Assembly (NCBI GenBank): GCA_030141605.1
Contig: JAQGDQ010001890.1
Span: forward strand, 1 to 22,126
Direction of reading: 5' to 3'
Origin: Tubiluchus corallicola
Taxonomy: Eukaryota > Animalia > Priapulida
Length of the DNA stretch: 22,126 bases
The notes beneath the pieces are model-generated. The model did not search any database, was not told the DNA's origin, and saw nothing but the letters and a program-made list of their open reading frames with translations. Below, in pieces: positions 19,225-22,126 of the stretch (position 1 is its first letter; each line of letters starts with the position of its first letter). The translations under genes and the position numbers were made by a program.

Positions 19225-20652
19225 ACTCTATCCACATGGTCAGTTTTCACTGACAGTTTGCGCGTAATTATTTGTTGAGGGGGTGTTCTTCTCTTTTATT
19301 CCTGAAATGGTGCCAATCTGGTCTGTGTGAAAACGTGACTTGTTTTAGCAGGTGGATTTAAAAAGAAAAATTTAAGTCATAGCTCATTTTCAATCAGTAC
19401 AGTGATTAAAAAAGATTCAGACTTAAAATTTGATATAGTAAAATGTTATAGTAAAACGTTGATTAGTAGTTTTGCCTTTTAAAGCAGTAAGAATCTTCTA
19501 TAAAGTTAACTTAACTGTATTGACTTTTCTGTAAGCTTTTCATTTTTCGAATTTTTTGGAAAAACTAAAATGTGCTATTCTACGTTTGCTGAGTTGCTAC
19601 TGTGCTCTAAAGTTATGAATCAAATTACTATGCCTTGGAGTAGAATTGCAAAATCAGACCAGATTACAGAACTGAACAAGATTGTGCCTGCGCCACTCTC
19701 ACACTATCATTAATGAGTGTGTAATAGCAACTTATATATGTTTATCCTTTTAGAGAAATTAGCATCGGCAGTTCGTATTAGGCCTAATTTGCGATTATGA
19801 CTTCAACTACTCGTTGTCTGAGTCAGCAGAATAGCATTTATAAATGATATTGCTTAAAGAGACATAAAAAGATAAATAAATTTCCCTAAAAGTAAACAAA
19901 TTGTAACAAATTTTCAGATACCATTTTTATTAATTTAACACAGTGATAAATATTAGCTAGCTTCATAAAGTTGCGACCTTCTTTTATTTTCCTTGTTAGA
20001 TTAAGCAAAACAGAAGCCCACAGAAGTGACACAAAACAGTGAAAAACAAATGGGTGTAATGATAATTGTTCTATAAGACACAATGGATTAACCATACCGT
20101 GAGAGTTTAATTACAGATAATTGTAAATGACAATGTAGTAAGAGTAAAACAATTTACTGGTCGTCAACTTATGTGTTCTAATCTCATTGACTACAAACTC
20201 CATAGCTCAACTTTAAAATTATGCACCCAACACCACATAAAGTCTAGCCATGTGATAAGTAAAATGCATCACTTATTTCATCAGTAACTTATTAAAATAA
20301 GTGGAAAAATACAGATTCATAGTGACATTATTTAGGAAGCATGTTGCCTTTATAAAAAAATTAAATTATTTCTAGCAAATGCAATAAATTCTATAACCAT
20401 AGTCTAGACTTAAGTTCAGCTAGACCTAAGTTACAGAGATGTAAGTTTACATAATAAAATCGTGTAAAATGTTTGCAACATGTTGCAGAGTCCGTTTTTT
20501 TCCATGTAGAAGCCACACTGTAATGGGAGCGTAGTCACCAATGACTGGCAATTTTATTCTTGACCAACAAAGTCCATAATTTCCGCACTTCAGCTCCCAG
20601 AAAATTACTTCAGTATTTTTGCTCCAATAACCACTAAAATCTCACACATGTA

Positions 20653-20819
20653 TTAGGAGGTTTTTGCTTGATTTGCTGCTTGTTGAGCTTGTCGTATTTG
20701 TTCTAGAAAAGCTGGATCAACTGCAACCCAGGAAATGATGTTCCTCTCTGCTACGAATTCTCCAACTGGAGACTTGATATTTGGGGGCAACAGCGCCAAG
20801 TACAAAGGAGTATCCGCAC
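20653..20819 (-). CDS. CBR1: Carbonyl reductase [NADPH] (CBR1-like SDR), terminal exon
   Basis: (G)ADTPLYLALLPPNIKSPVGEFVAERNIISW matches the CBR1 C-terminus GAETPVYLALLPP...GQFVSEK...W; acceptor ctatttag; TAA at 20655-20653. Confidence 0.9.
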
Positions 20820-21212
20820 CTAAATAGTAATATTTATGGTAAGTGTTAATTTTCAAGAAACAATACCTTCTGCGTCTATTTTCAATGTGATGCTATGCAT
20901 TGTCTCTAACGGGTGTGTCTTTTGACTCACACCAAGGAGCAGAAGGCCATCTTTTTCGCACATGCCAATGTACAAGTTCTTAACATGAGGGGGACCCCGA
21001 CTGTTAAAATCATTTTAGTTAATATGGACGGCTGAGGAATTTAGATGGTCAAATTAATAGGTGATGCAAAATTTCAAAGCTTTTTGAGCTCTCTGTAAAA
21101 ATTCGTCTAATCTTGTGTATAAATTAAATTAGGTAACATTAAAAGGAGCAATTACCACGGTACAAAACAGCTGCCTTCTAAGTCTGAGTAATAAAATACA
21201 TAATTATAATAC

Positions 21213-21276
21213 CTTCATCTATTGTTTTGTGCCCTCTGTGACTTGACATATCTGTAGCCACGTATCCTGGACAACA
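21213..21276 (-). CDS. CBR1: Carbonyl reductase [NADPH] (CBR1-like SDR), penultimate exon
   Basis: CCPGYVATDMSSHRGHKTIDE(G), SDR motif PGxVxTDM (CBR1 CCPGWVRTDM); acceptor ttttttaatag, donor gtatta; 64 nt, phase fits the next exon; upstream exons were not found in the window. Confidence 0.92.
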
Positions 21277-22126
21277 CTATTAAAAAACAATAATTATTAT
21301 GAAAGAAACACCGGATTCTGTTATGGCATGTGAAGTGAAGTCATCTTCGCAAAAAATCCAACAATTTCAGATAATTTTGTGACCCTTGATTTGATATTTC
21401 GACTTTAATGATTTTGCAAAATACCAGCTGATGAACAGAAAATTAAAAAAAACGGCTGTTTTCATTATCTCTGTATTGATGTAGCTTTGTGTTTCTTATA
21501 AAATGAGTATAACCCCTAGCTATAAATTAATGCAACTTAATTTCATAATTGTACTGATTGCAGACCAATATGTGTATAATACATGCTTTCAATTGTGTAC
21601 AATGAAATTGTTATTGTCATTTCCAATGAATTTATTTCTCACAATTTTTTATTTTCTAATTTTATGGTTATACAATTGTGACATACTGTGATATATACAA
21701 CTTCAGATATCATTTATGACATTTTATGATATAAAACATAAAGAATAAACGGATTTTTCGGTATTACGGAATAAATGTTTTCCTTTATTTGGACTGAGCA
21801 CATCACGGTGCATCACATGTGGATAAAAATAATAAAACAAAATATTATAAAGCCTTTTCACACCAATCGCTCAAGCCAAGGTCATTTTATCCAGAATTAT
21901 AGGAGAATCCTTGAAGTTTAGTTATAAGCGGGACACAGGCGTTCTTTGTGCCTAACCCCCATTTTGTAAGAACGTGTAGAAATTGTACAAATAAATACAA
22001 ATAAACTTACAAACAGAAACAAAACAAATTACCATGACCCTGATTAATTAGAATCCAAGGAAGGGAAAGATATTTTACCAACGTATAGATGTATAATCAA
22101 TGCAGCAGACCATTCGTCAATGAGCA

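Noticed and set aside
18995-19267. 90-aa ORF
   Set aside because: Non-ATG start, runs through a MITE-like element and has no recognisable motif; the alternative frame gives the better-supported GRK exon
21280-22126. Further upstream CBR exons (YxxxK catalytic motif)
   Set aside because: No matching translation found on the - strand in the stretches I read; presumably outside the window

Overview
AT-rich eukaryotic (most likely invertebrate animal) genomic DNA with spliced genes and many small non-autonomous elements; nothing here is prokaryotic and there is no CRISPR array. Three genes can be assembled by hand. (1) The last five coding exons (268-419, 4993-5120, 7845-7992, 8861-8989, 10902-11177, + strand) of a divergent exostosin-like GT64 glycosyltransferase of the EXTL3 type. 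(2) A probable small secreted peptide precursor (17225-17369 + 18986-19029, + strand, 62 aa) whose splice junction creates a Tyr-Gly-Arg-Lys amidation/cleavage site. (3) The last two exons (21276-21213, 20819-20653, - strand) of a CBR1-like carbonyl reductase. The non-coding DNA holds hAT and piggyBac MITEs with target-site duplications, a foldback-like element, several LTR-like relics, a 33-bp minisatellite and a 1.8-kb array of helically phased T-tracts. The most unusual structures are ~570-bp near-identical inverted repeats bracketing the signal-peptide exon, and a copy of the EXT gene's own 3' end inserted into its upstream intron between 35-bp direct repeats, which preserves the empty site of a later hAT insertion. 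All alignments and family assignments were made by eye and from memory of the families; no database search was run.
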